Part shown: piece after piece, positions 9,588 through 18,468 of the stretch
How positions within the stretch are numbered: the stretch's first letter is position 1
How the letters are laid out: every line of letters starts with the position of its first letter
Assembly (NCBI GenBank): GCA_964547225.1
Contig: CAZJMV010000212.1
Span: 146,067 to 210,066, forward strand
From: an uncultured Anaerolineaceae bacterium
GTDB taxonomy: Bacteria > Chloroflexota > Anaerolineae > Anaerolineales > UBA4823
DNA length: 64,000 nt
Reading direction: 5' to 3'
The notes under the pieces: model-generated
Databases searched by the model: none
Seen by the model: the letters and a program-made list of their open reading frames with translations, nothing else
Told to the model about the DNA's origin: nothing
Program-made: the position numbers and the translations under genes

Positions 9588-10796
9588 ATGGCGAATATCA
9601 ATAAAAATTCCAAAGTGATCGGAATATTAACTGGCGGTGGGGATGTCCCCGGTCTCAATCCAGCGATACGAGCGGTAACAATCCGAGCATTACGTGAAGG
9701 ATATAAAGTGATCGGCTTACGACGCGGTTGGGCCGGGTTAGTGAATCTACAACGCGATCCAAAAGCAGATAACAGCCCGTTCTATCAAGTATTAACTGAA
9801 GAAATCGTCAATAAAGCCGGTCGAACGGGTGGTACATTCCTTCACTCATCACGAACTAACCCAATAAAAATGAAGAAGGATGCCATACCAGCGCACCTGA
9901 AAGATAAATACAATTCAGATATCAATGATCTGACATCTGAAGTTTTAAAAAACTTGGAGTATTTAGGTATTGACTATTTGATCCCCATAGGTGGTGATGA
10001 CACATTAAGTGTAGCGGTTAGACTTTACCAAGAAGGGTTCAAGGTTGTTGCTATTCCAAAGACGATGGACAATGATGTACCAGGGACAGACTATTGTATC
10101 GGTTTCAGCACATGCGTAACCCGAACAATACAGCTAGCAAACAGCCTGCGAACAACTGCGGGTTCCCATGAGCGTTTCCTGGTCATTGAAGTATTTGGAC
10201 GTTATGCAGGTTTCACCGCAATGCTTCCAACAATGGCAGGTGCATCCAACCGCTGTGTGATTCCAGAATATAAATTCTCTATCGAGTATTTAACTGAGCT
10301 AATGTCATACGATCGAGAACGTAATCCAAGTAAATATTCCGTCGTTTTAGTGTCCGAAGGCGCAACTTTTAAGGGTACTGACGAGATGGTCTTTGAAAAT
10401 CAAATTAAAGATGCTTTTGGACACGCAAAACTGGGTGGGATCAGCGATCTTGTATCCGCTAAGTTGAAAGAACTCTCACCAAAATACAATAACGGTCAAA
10501 CCATTAACACCGTAACGCAGAGATTGGGATATATGGTGCGAGGTGGAGACCCTGATGCAATTGACTCTATTGTACCTATGGCGTTTGGGAACTTAGCGCT
10601 GGATTTAGTTCTTAAGGATATTCACGGTAGATTGGTCGTCTTGCGCAATGGGCGCTATGACAATATGCCTATTGATGTAGTTACAAGCACAAAGAAAGTT
10701 GTCGATATTGAAAAGTTCTATAATATCGAACGTTTACGTCCTTATTACCACACTTTTGCGATGAAACCACTCTTTATCATGACAAGTGATGATTGA
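9588..10796 (+). CDS. pfp: 6-phosphofructokinase, pyrophosphate-dependent type
   Basis: GILTGGGDVPGLN, IGGDDTLSVA and PKTMDNDV. The Asp in GGDD and the Lys in PKT are the residues that distinguish PPi- from ATP-dependent PFKs. Confidence 0.85.
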   Translation: MANINKNSKVIGILTGGGDVPGLNPAIRAVTIRALREGYKVIGLRRGWAGLVNLQRDPKADNSPFYQVLTEEIVNKAGRTGGTFLHSSRTNPIKMKKDAIPAHLKDKYNSDINDLTSEVLKNLEYLGIDYLIPIGGDDTLSVAVRLYQEGFKVVAIPKTMDNDVPGTDYCIGFSTCVTRTIQLANSLRTTAGSHERFLVIEVFGRYAGFTAMLPTMAGASNRCVIPEYKFSIEYLTELMSYDRERNPSKYSVVLVSEGATFKGTDEMVFENQIKDAFGHAKLGGISDLVSAKLKELSPKYNNGQTINTVTQRLGYMVRGGDPDAIDSIVPMAFGNLALDLVLKDIHGRLVVLRNGRYDNMPIDVVTSTKKVVDIEKFYNIERLRPYYHTFAMKPLFIMTSDD

Positions 10797-11093
10797 CTTT
10801 TTTCAAATTCATTGAAACGAGTTTAGATTCAAGTAGAATGAAGTCCTTAAATAGCAAAGTATAGGTACATCATCGACAAGAACTCTTCATGCGATATCCA
10901 TTGAAGGGTTCTTTTCTGTTTAACATAAAATCGATCTTAAAATAGAACTTTCAAATTTGTAAGTATTTTTATCAAAGTTTTCCATTTTACTTCTTGATTT
11001 TATCAAATGCTTTTTTATAATTATAGATAGATTATTCAATCAAATTCATTTATTTTAGGCATCGGTTTTATTATTATTTTAAGGAAGGGTTTC

Positions 11094-11240
11094 GTGATAA
11101 TCTATCCGGAAGTAAAAGGACAAGGGTTGCTTGAGTATGCGTTAATATTAATGCTAGTTGCTCTGATTGTCATTGTCATACTAGCATTATTAGGCCCAGC
11201 TGTAGGTAATATGTATAGTAATATTGTCCCGAAAATATGA
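11094..11240 (+). CDS. flp: Flp/Fap family type IVb (Tad) pilin, 48 aa, absent from the ORF track
   Basis: GTG start 4 nt after the AAGGAAGGG RBS. Translation VIIYPEVKGQGLLEYALILMLVALIVIVILALLGPAVGNMYSNIVPKI carries the G-X4-EY processing motif and a hydrophobic helix. Confidence 0.7.
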   Translation: MIIYPEVKGQGLLEYALILMLVALIVIVILALLGPAVGNMYSNIVPKI

Positions 11241-11443
11241 AACGACCTAACCTTTTTAGCCATTAATGACCTCTCTATATCCATTTGTACAAAAAGCTTT
11301 CTAACCCAGGAAAATTCATCCAATATCACTTACATGATTTCTTTCATTGATGACCGCAATTAAGAAGATCGAGCTGATATTAATTGACGCCTAGTAAACT
11401 ATACTCGAACAGTTATTATTCAACAAAATTATGAAAACCAAAT

Positions 11444-11767
11444 ATGGATAGAGTTGTAAATGGAATGAACGACAAAGAGGAAATACTTTTTCTAGTTAGA
11501 GAAGCGAAAATACTTGTTCAACGATTAGAGCGAATCTCCGCAGATTCGATTTGGGCACGTAGAGCAAGTGGGCATAGAGGTGCGATATTAAAGTGGTTAG
11601 ATCAATATGATGACCGAAAAGTGCAGTTTAGAATCAGCGAGACTGATTTTGATCAAAGTATTGAGACTCTCAAGCATATGATGAAAACGAGTTACGCGTT
11701 ACTAATTAAGGCTGCTCAGGAATACCCTGAAAATTGGGACAGGTCAGCTAAAGGTAGTACCAACTGA
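11444..11767 (+). CDS. Hypothetical protein (107 aa)
   Basis: ORF only; no motif recognised. Confidence 0.4.
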   Translation: MDRVVNGMNDKEEILFLVREAKILVQRLERISADSIWARRASGHRGAILKWLDQYDDRKVQFRISETDFDQSIETLKHMMKTSYALLIKAAQEYPENWDRSAKGSTN

Positions 11768-11809
11768 CCTGTCTATTATCACTGAATATTCACCTGGATA
11801 TTGGAAGTA

Positions 11810-12766
11810 TCAATAAGCGTTATTATTGTAGAACCAATTGTAACTATAATATCCTGAAGGATAATTTTGTGTGCGGATCGCAATTTGATAGCTATTATAG
11901 AGTGCAGGTGGAATATTAAATGTCGCTTCTAAAGTACCTCCAGATCCCGAGTACAAGGTTCCGACATAATAACCGCCAATGCCCTGTGTACCCATCGGAC
12001 CCATCAAAACATCAAAAGTAAGCCCTGCGGGAAAATTATTGGTGCGAATTGTAACGGTGCTATTGCGGCGAACCTGGATAATTGAAAAGGTCGGGACACT
12101 ATACAAATAGTAGCTATTATAATAAGGATAGTTATAGGCATAACCACCTGCAGTCGAACTTTGATAGGCAGTATCAGTATTGGAAAAGAAAGCTTGATCC
12201 GAAAAGACTTTCCCGTTTTTCTTCACTTGTTTCAATTGAATCACGAGATCCGTCTTACCTTGAAGGCTAACAGGAATGTTAAACGTCTTCCTAAAAATAC
12301 CACCTTGATCAGTATCCAGGTCGGACAAAGCTTCCCAATCTATAGATCCATCCGATTTTTTATTCCCCATCGAGACGTTGAAAAACACATTACTAGGGGC
12401 ATTGGAGATTCTAACTGTTACAGATGTGTCTTTGGCTACCTCGATCACGGAGAAACTCCATTGGGTGATGATCGTTGGTGAAGTGTAAGTCGTTGGATAT
12501 GTATAGCCATAGTTGACATAACCACCATAAGGGATACACAAGACCGTTCCTGCATAAAGTTTATACGGCGAGACAACACCATTTACACTCGCAAGCACCT
12601 GCCAATTAATACCATAGTAGGCGCCTATGGATGAAAGCGTCTGACCATAATAAACAGTATGGTAGTACTGGCAAGCGACAGCCTGAGCCGGTTGCGCGGT
12701 AAAGCCAGTGCCAACCACTACAATAATGGCAATGAGAAAAGCAAAAGTAAGTTTCTTGAGAGTCAT
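11810..12766 (-). CDS. Secreted LysM protein, Tyr-rich, with a duplicated C-terminal module
   Basis: Start moved to the ATG at 12766 (GAGGAGG RBS 5 nt upstream). Signal peptide ...AQPAQA. LysM (YGQTLSSIGAYYGINWQVLASVNG). Two homologous modules (SFSVIEVAKDTSVTVRISN... and TFSIIQVRRNSTVTIRTNN...). Confidence 0.7.
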   Translation of the reverse strand: MTLKKLTFAFLIAIIVVVGTGFTAQPAQAVACQYYHTVYYGQTLSSIGAYYGINWQVLASVNGVVSPYKLYAGTVLCIPYGGYVNYGYTYPTTYTSPTIITQWSFSVIEVAKDTSVTVRISNAPSNVFFNVSMGNKKSDGSIDWEALSDLDTDQGGIFRKTFNIPVSLQGKTDLVIQLKQVKKNGKVFSDQAFFSNTDTAYQSSTAGGYAYNYPYYNSYYLYSVPTFSIIQVRRNSTVTIRTNNFPAGLTFDVLMGPMGTQGIGGYYVGTLYSGSGGTLEATFNIPPALYNSYQIAIRTQNYPSGYYSYNWFYNNNAY

Positions 12767-13023
12767 CTTATCCTCCTCGATATTTTTGGTAATCAGCAAC
12801 AAAAAGGGTTTTTAAGAAACACCAATTCAATACTGTTACCAAATTCAAGTATGAATACCAGCAATTATTTTTCTATTTGTAATTAGATTATAGATGTTTC
12901 CCCATGGGATTCCAATATTTAATGGTTAAAAGGGAAGCTATTTTTGCGTAAATTTTACGCGCGGATTAAGATTTTCTCTATAGATGCACCTTTTTCAGCG
13001 AATTTAATATTGGAAATACATTT

Positions 13024-14535
13024 TCAAATCCGTGGAAAGACTGATAAAAATAACCAACTCAGAAAGAATGCAGCGCTGATCGCATATGCCCAGATACTTT
13101 TTTGAAAGGATACCAATATCGCATGAATGGCTAATATGATTGGATATAGTGGCAAGATGATGATCAGGAAACTGAGATTGGAAGTGATATTAACAGCTAG
13201 TAAAATTGCTAAAAGTATGATGACATTTTGGAAAAACCACCAGCAAACCTGAGATTTGATTTTTAAGTTGCTCAATTGAAGCCCACAGATATAAAACCAA
13301 GGTAAAAGCAAGAACCCACCAAGAATCCAGAGCAATAATTTGATGGGAGAGAGTATCCAATGCAACCATACATAATGACCCAAAAGACCAATACCAAACC
13401 ATAATGTAAGAAAAACCAAAATAGCTGCCGATAGCTCACGTATAGAAGGTTTCAACCATATTGGACGTAATAAAAGCCAGCCAACCACTCCAGCTATTAG
13501 GAACCATACAAAGAGATAACCTCCCACACTTATACCAAAAAAATCCTGAACAGGAATACCTATCCCAATCAGATACCAGAGAAATAATGTGGATGTAAAC
13601 GCAGACACCGTAAGAATAAGTCCAGTATGAATACCATCAGAAAAATAAATCTGTTGTGAGTTCACCCCTGCTGTCAAGGGTGATAATGCTACACCTAAGA
13701 GCAACACCCCAATTAGTGCAAGAAAATACCAGAGAATACGTTTATCATAGTAAGAGATTTTATCTGATTGAACTACAAAAACTTGGTCTAACCATAGGCA
13801 AACTTGGCTGTGTGCAAACGGAGAAAATAGGATTGAGATATGTTCGACATTTGGAACTGAAACTAATTTTCGAGCCGTCCCCGAGTTTATATCACCTCCT
13901 TGCCCACCAGCCGATTTTAGATTTAGGTGGGCATTTTCAAGAAATAACGGCTCTAATGTACCGGCTATAAATAAGATATTCGATGGAGAATTTGAAGAAA
14001 GTTTACGTTTAACCGGAGAAATCGCGATAGTAGCCCTCACAAGCGGATTATATAATCCATAATCAAGCGCTGTCCCACTCCCCATTGAATGACCCAGGAT
14101 AGCTATTCGCGAGGTATCTGCTAATTGCAAATCCTGAACTACTTCTAAGGTGGTGATGGGTGCTTGTAGAAGATCATCGTAATCCAAAGGATTAGAATTG
14201 GCAGCATGACCAGGAAAGTCCCAAGCTGCAATAGTATAGCCGGCATGCGCTAATGTTAATGAGAAGCCGCGCATGAGGACTTCTGAACCTGAGAAGCCAT
14301 GCGCAATCAGCACAAGCGGACGAGAAGATGCATCACCTCCCGATTTCATGATGATAGTTATCGGCAATTTATCTTCTTGGATATGAGTAAAGCTTAGGTT
14401 CTGGTTTGCAAGATTTAATTTGAATAATGAAATTGCTAGCAATATCAGAGCAAGTATCAGGAGGAATAGATTAGGTTTATGTTTTCCTAACAAAAGGATA
14501 AGTTTGTTGTCAGGAGCTTTAGATTTTTTATCCAT
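13024..14535 (-). CDS. Alpha/beta-hydrolase domain fused to a polytopic membrane domain
   Basis: LIAHGFSGS and nucleophile elbow GHSMGSG. The C-terminal half is a series of hydrophobic helices. Start is 3 nt after the upstream J-domain gene stop. Confidence 0.65.
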   Translation of the reverse strand: MDKKSKAPDNKLILLLGKHKPNLFLLILALILLAISLFKLNLANQNLSFTHIQEDKLPITIIMKSGGDASSRPLVLIAHGFSGSEVLMRGFSLTLAHAGYTIAAWDFPGHAANSNPLDYDDLLQAPITTLEVVQDLQLADTSRIAILGHSMGSGTALDYGLYNPLVRATIAISPVKRKLSSNSPSNILFIAGTLEPLFLENAHLNLKSAGGQGGDINSGTARKLVSVPNVEHISILFSPFAHSQVCLWLDQVFVVQSDKISYYDKRILWYFLALIGVLLLGVALSPLTAGVNSQQIYFSDGIHTGLILTVSAFTSTLFLWYLIGIGIPVQDFFGISVGGYLFVWFLIAGVVGWLLLRPIWLKPSIRELSAAILVFLTLWFGIGLLGHYVWLHWILSPIKLLLWILGGFLLLPWFYICGLQLSNLKIKSQVCWWFFQNVIILLAILLAVNITSNLSFLIIILPLYPIILAIHAILVSFQKSIWAYAISAAFFLSWLFLSVFPRI

Positions 14536-14538
14536 AGA

Positions 14539-15237
14539 CTACCGATTTGCTGGAATTAGGATCACTTTTGCACGAAAAATATTTAATCTTTGCAAAGGCT
14601 CAATCAATAGATGCCATTGACCAGAAAACGGAATACGCAAGTATGTTGGGGAAAAAAGCGCCTTTCCACCCCAATAGTTAAAATTTTGGGTTGATTGATA
14701 TTGAGCATAATTCAATTCATCAAGTAAGAAGAGTGTAGCGCTGTGATTAAGGAAAACTTGCAGATGATCATTGCAATTAGCTAAGAAGACATAATGGCTT
14801 GGCGAAGAATGCCGTGTTTGATAGAATAAAAAATCAGGATAAGCAGACTCTAACGGAGACACGGGCGGATTATGCCTGTCTTTATGGAAAGGATGATAGG
14901 GAGAAGGATCAACCCAAGTTTGCTTATGTGTAACCGTTCGAGGGGTTGGATGTATTGGGGGTGAGTAAGGTTTCGTTTGCCGAGATTGTTGAAAATCACG
15001 ATGGTAATCATAAGCATTTCTCAAGGAGACATCCCCTAATGTCTCATAAGCTTCATTAACCTGTTTGATCCGCTCTTCAGCCAGCTTTTTTTGCTCAGGA
15101 TCTTGGAATTTATCAGGATGACAAGTAGATACTTGGCAGCGGTAAGCATCACGGATCTCCTTCTGTGACGCGTTATGGGGTAGACCAAGTAAACCATAAT
15201 AATCCATATCAGATCGATCAGCCATTCTTATATACAT
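14539..15237 (-). CDS. J-domain (DnaJ-like) protein with an uncharacterised C-terminal domain
   Basis: DYYGLLGLPHNASQKEIRDAYRCQVSTCHPDKF contains the HPD motif. Confidence 0.75.
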   Translation of the reverse strand: MYIRMADRSDMDYYGLLGLPHNASQKEIRDAYRCQVSTCHPDKFQDPEQKKLAEERIKQVNEAYETLGDVSLRNAYDYHRDFQQSRQTKPYSPPIHPTPRTVTHKQTWVDPSPYHPFHKDRHNPPVSPLESAYPDFLFYQTRHSSPSHYVFLANCNDHLQVFLNHSATLFLLDELNYAQYQSTQNFNYWGGKALFSPTYLRIPFSGQWHLLIEPLQRLNIFRAKVILIPANR

Positions 15238-15430
15238 CCATATTCTATTAGATGCTTTCTCTCAACAGAAGAAGCAGCCTTCAATTGAATTTAATCATAC
15301 CACCTCGAGAATATTTATTGGAGGCTTTCTATCAATAACCAAGACTATGAGTTTTATCCAATTTTCTTTTCTCCAGCGATAAAAGTTCGCCCATACATTC
15401 GATGAGGCTCAAAAATACACGAGTAAGGAT

Positions 15431-15470
15431 AAAAATAAAAAAGGACTTCCGATCAATTCAGAAGTCCTTT
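15431..15470 (-). terminator. Rho-independent terminator of the Gly-rich protein gene
   Basis: 10-bp stem AAAGGACTTC/GAAGTCCTTT (15440-15449 / 15461-15470), followed on the minus strand by TTTTTTATTTTT. Confidence 0.7.
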
Positions 15471-15489
15471 TATCATCATTGAAGATGAA

Positions 15490-16035
15490 TTAGCGTCTTC
15501 CGCCACGGTTTCCACGGGAGGCTAACCAATCAGCTTCTTCTTGTGTGATCAAACCATCGACAACAGCTTGAGCAAGCGCGTCGGTGCGAGCAGTAGTCAA
15601 CATATCTCGAATTTCAGTCTCATCAAATCCCAAACTAATAGCGATCAGGAACAGGGTCTCTCCAGCATCAACACGAGCAGTTAATTTTTCTGTGGAAATT
15701 CCAAGCGCAGTGGCTAAGCTTTCATGCATAGCATCACTTAATGCACCATCCAAATTGATATTCTGGTTCACAGGTATGCCTGTTCCGGTACCATTCCAAC
15801 TATGATGCCCATTTCCGTTGATCATATCAGATGTTGTATTGCTTGCATCCGGTGTGGTCTCGCTTTGATCACCACCATACCCACCCCCAGCGCCACCTGC
15901 TCCACCACCGCCCCCACCACCAGGACCTCCTCGGTCAATCTCGACTGGACCAGCTGCAAATGCTGTGACTGCTACAGAGAAGGCAATCATTGTAACACCT
16001 AGAATCACTGCTAAAACAAATAGTGATTTTTTCAT
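15490..16035 (-). CDS. Secreted hypothetical protein with a poly-Gly tract
   Basis: Signal peptide, GGPGGGGGGGAGGAGGGYGG tract, helical C-terminal region. Confidence 0.6.
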   Translation of the reverse strand: MKKSLFVLAVILGVTMIAFSVAVTAFAAGPVEIDRGGPGGGGGGGAGGAGGGYGGDQSETTPDASNTTSDMINGNGHHSWNGTGTGIPVNQNINLDGALSDAMHESLATALGISTEKLTARVDAGETLFLIAISLGFDETEIRDMLTTARTDALAQAVVDGLITQEEADWLASRGNRGGRR

Positions 16036-16368
16036 TGTTAATCTCCTTGTTAAAAATTTTTTGGATGTTAGTTTGTATGAATATTCTACAAATCCATTTT
16101 GTTCATATTCCCTAGCATAATCAAATGATATGAAATATTCATGAATTAGTTGTGAAGAATTTTTGAATTTCAGCGAAGGCTTCAGAAAAAAAAACTAATT
16201 TATAGTAAGTAATAATGTTATTATGTTGGTTAATAATTTTTCAGGAATTAACTGTAGTATAATTTTAATTAAAGCTCTAAGACCATACTAGAAAAGCATC
16301 ACTTGCTATTATGAGAGTCGAAATTTTTTAAGCAGAGATTTATTATCTAAATAATCAGGGGTAAAGCC

Positions 16369-18462
16369 ATGGAAGAAATGGTACGTTATGAGGGATCGAC
16401 AAGACGTGAGTATGGTTTGAAGTTACTCAGAACCATGCTGGGAGAAGATGTAAACTTTCGGGATGGGCAATGGGAAGCAATTGAAACATTGGCTATCAAA
16501 AAGAAACGCGCATTGATCGTACAGCGAACCGGATGGGGGAAAAGCATTGTATATTTTCTTTCAACCAAAATTCTACGTGACAATGGCGCTGGGGTAACTT
16601 TGCTAATCAGTCCATTGCTATCATTAATGCGTAATCAAATCGAAATGGCGAGGCGAATCGGTATTCGAGCCTATACGATGCACAGCGCTAATCAAAAAGA
16701 ATGGGATAACGTTGAAAAAGTTTTAATGAATGGGGAGTGCGATATCCTTTTGATTTCACCAGAGCGATTGAGTAATACCTATTTCAAAGAGGAATTGCTG
16801 CAAAAGATCTCTGGGAAAGTTGGCATGCTGGTTGTGGACGAAGCACATTGTATTTCGGATTGGGGACATGATTTCCGCCCCGATTACCGCAGAATTGTAC
16901 GTATTATCCAACATCTACCCAAAGGAATCCCAGTTTTAGGAACAACTGCTACGGCGAATAATCGCGTTGTAAATGATATCAAAGCACAATTGGGTGAGGA
17001 TCTGATTCTACTAAGAGGTGCATTGGTGCGCACCAGCCTGCGTTTACAAAATATCCGCATCGATAGTCAAGCAGAACGAATGGCGTGGTTGGTGGAGAAT
17101 ATCCCCCTCTTCCCGGGAAGCGGGATCGTGTATTGCACAACAATACGAGATGCGGAGAGGGTCGCAAACTGGTTGAAACTCAATGGAATTGAAGCAAAAG
17201 CCTATCACAGCAAACTCCAATCCGAACGTGAAGAACTAGAACAATGCTTAATCAATAACGAGGTAAAAGCGTTAGTGGCAACCGTCGCGCTAGGGATGGG
17301 ATTTGATAAACCTGACTTGGGATTTGTGATCCATTATCAAAAACCCGGATCGGTCGTGGCGTATTATCAACAAGTAGGACGCGCTGGAAGAGCGATTTCC
17401 AGATCCTATGGGATTTTATTGGCTGGGAAAGAGGATGATGAAATCCAAGAATATTTCATCAAAAGTGCGTTTCCGCCAGCAGATATTATGCTGGATATTC
17501 TAAACGCACTCGACAAATATGAGGGTTTAACGATTACCCAATTACAGAAACATGTCAACGCAAGAATGAAAATGATCGAAAACGCGTTAAAAATACTAGA
17601 AGTTGACGGTGCAGTCATCAAAGAGAAAAGGATTTATAGCCGAACATTAAAAAATTGGCAACCAGACCTAGAACGGATGGACCAAATCACAAATCTACGC
17701 TATACAGAGCTTGCACAAATGCAAGCTTATATAGACCATCCTGGATGTTTGATGGAGTACTTAGAACGGGCACTCGATGACCTCCACCCTGAGCCGTGTG
17801 GCAGATGTGCAAATTGTCAAGGTAAAGGTTTACCAAATTCTGTGAAATCAAGCCAACTGCTAAATAATGCAAAAGCCTATTTGAACAATTATGAAATCAA
17901 ATTGAATTCAAGGAAAGTTTTTCCAAAAGGAGTGCTCGACGATATCTACATAATCCCAGATGAACTGCTAAACAAACCAGGAAGAACGCTTTGTTTTTAT
18001 GGTGATGAAGGTTTAGGAAAAGCGGTCGAAGAAGGAAAATATCAACAAAATTATTTTAGCGATCAATTAGTAAAAGAAGCTGTTATTTTGATCAAAACAC
18101 GCTGGTCTTTTTATGGTGAAGCCCCACAATGGGTAACAGCTATACCTTCTCTAAGACGTCCCGAACTAGTGTATGATTATGGTGAACGATTAGCCAAAGC
18201 ATTATATCTGCCTTTTATACCAGTTTTTATTAGGACATGTAATGCACCTGAGCAAAAGAGCATGCAAAACAGCGCTTTACAAGCCAAGAACGTGATTTCC
18301 AGCTTGGCTTTAGACGAGAAAAAAACACCTAAAAATCAGGTCGTCTTATTGGTTGATGATATTTGGGATTCGGGTTGGACGATGACCTATGCGGGTTGGC
18401 TGCTTATGCAAAATGGCAGCAAAGCGGTTTACCCATTTACTTTAGCATGCACAAATGGATGA
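16369..18462 (+). CDS. RecQ-family SF2 helicase fused to a C-terminal ComFC-like phosphoribosyltransferase domain
   Basis: Motif I QRTGWGKS. RecQ signature VVDEAHCISDWGHDFRPDY. Motif VI QQVGRAGRA. Zn-binding CGRCANCQG. C-terminal PRTase motif VVLLVDDIWDSGWTM preceded by a ComFC-like core. Confidence 0.85.
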   Translation: MEEMVRYEGSTRREYGLKLLRTMLGEDVNFRDGQWEAIETLAIKKKRALIVQRTGWGKSIVYFLSTKILRDNGAGVTLLISPLLSLMRNQIEMARRIGIRAYTMHSANQKEWDNVEKVLMNGECDILLISPERLSNTYFKEELLQKISGKVGMLVVDEAHCISDWGHDFRPDYRRIVRIIQHLPKGIPVLGTTATANNRVVNDIKAQLGEDLILLRGALVRTSLRLQNIRIDSQAERMAWLVENIPLFPGSGIVYCTTIRDAERVANWLKLNGIEAKAYHSKLQSEREELEQCLINNEVKALVATVALGMGFDKPDLGFVIHYQKPGSVVAYYQQVGRAGRAISRSYGILLAGKEDDEIQEYFIKSAFPPADIMLDILNALDKYEGLTITQLQKHVNARMKMIENALKILEVDGAVIKEKRIYSRTLKNWQPDLERMDQITNLRYTELAQMQAYIDHPGCLMEYLERALDDLHPEPCGRCANCQGKGLPNSVKSSQLLNNAKAYLNNYEIKLNSRKVFPKGVLDDIYIIPDELLNKPGRTLCFYGDEGLGKAVEEGKYQQNYFSDQLVKEAVILIKTRWSFYGEAPQWVTAIPSLRRPELVYDYGERLAKALYLPFIPVFIRTCNAPEQKSMQNSALQAKNVISSLALDEKKTPKNQVVLLVDDIWDSGWTMTYAGWLLMQNGSKAVYPFTLACTNG

Positions 18463-18468
18463 GGAAAA

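Noticed and set aside
11102-11329. 75-aa minus-strand ORF in the ORF track
   Set aside because: No RBS or recognisable motif. The same DNA on the + strand encodes a well-formed Flp pilin with a strong RBS, so the minus-strand ORF is most likely a shadow.
12082-12481. Two + strand ORFs (62 and 106 aa) inside the LysM protein gene
   Set aside because: Antisense shadows of a gene with clear signal peptide, LysM and repeat structure.
15880-15945. C-rich/G-rich low-complexity tract (possible G-quadruplex or repeat element)
   Set aside because: Fully explained by GGN codons of the poly-Gly segment of the secreted protein at 15490-16035.
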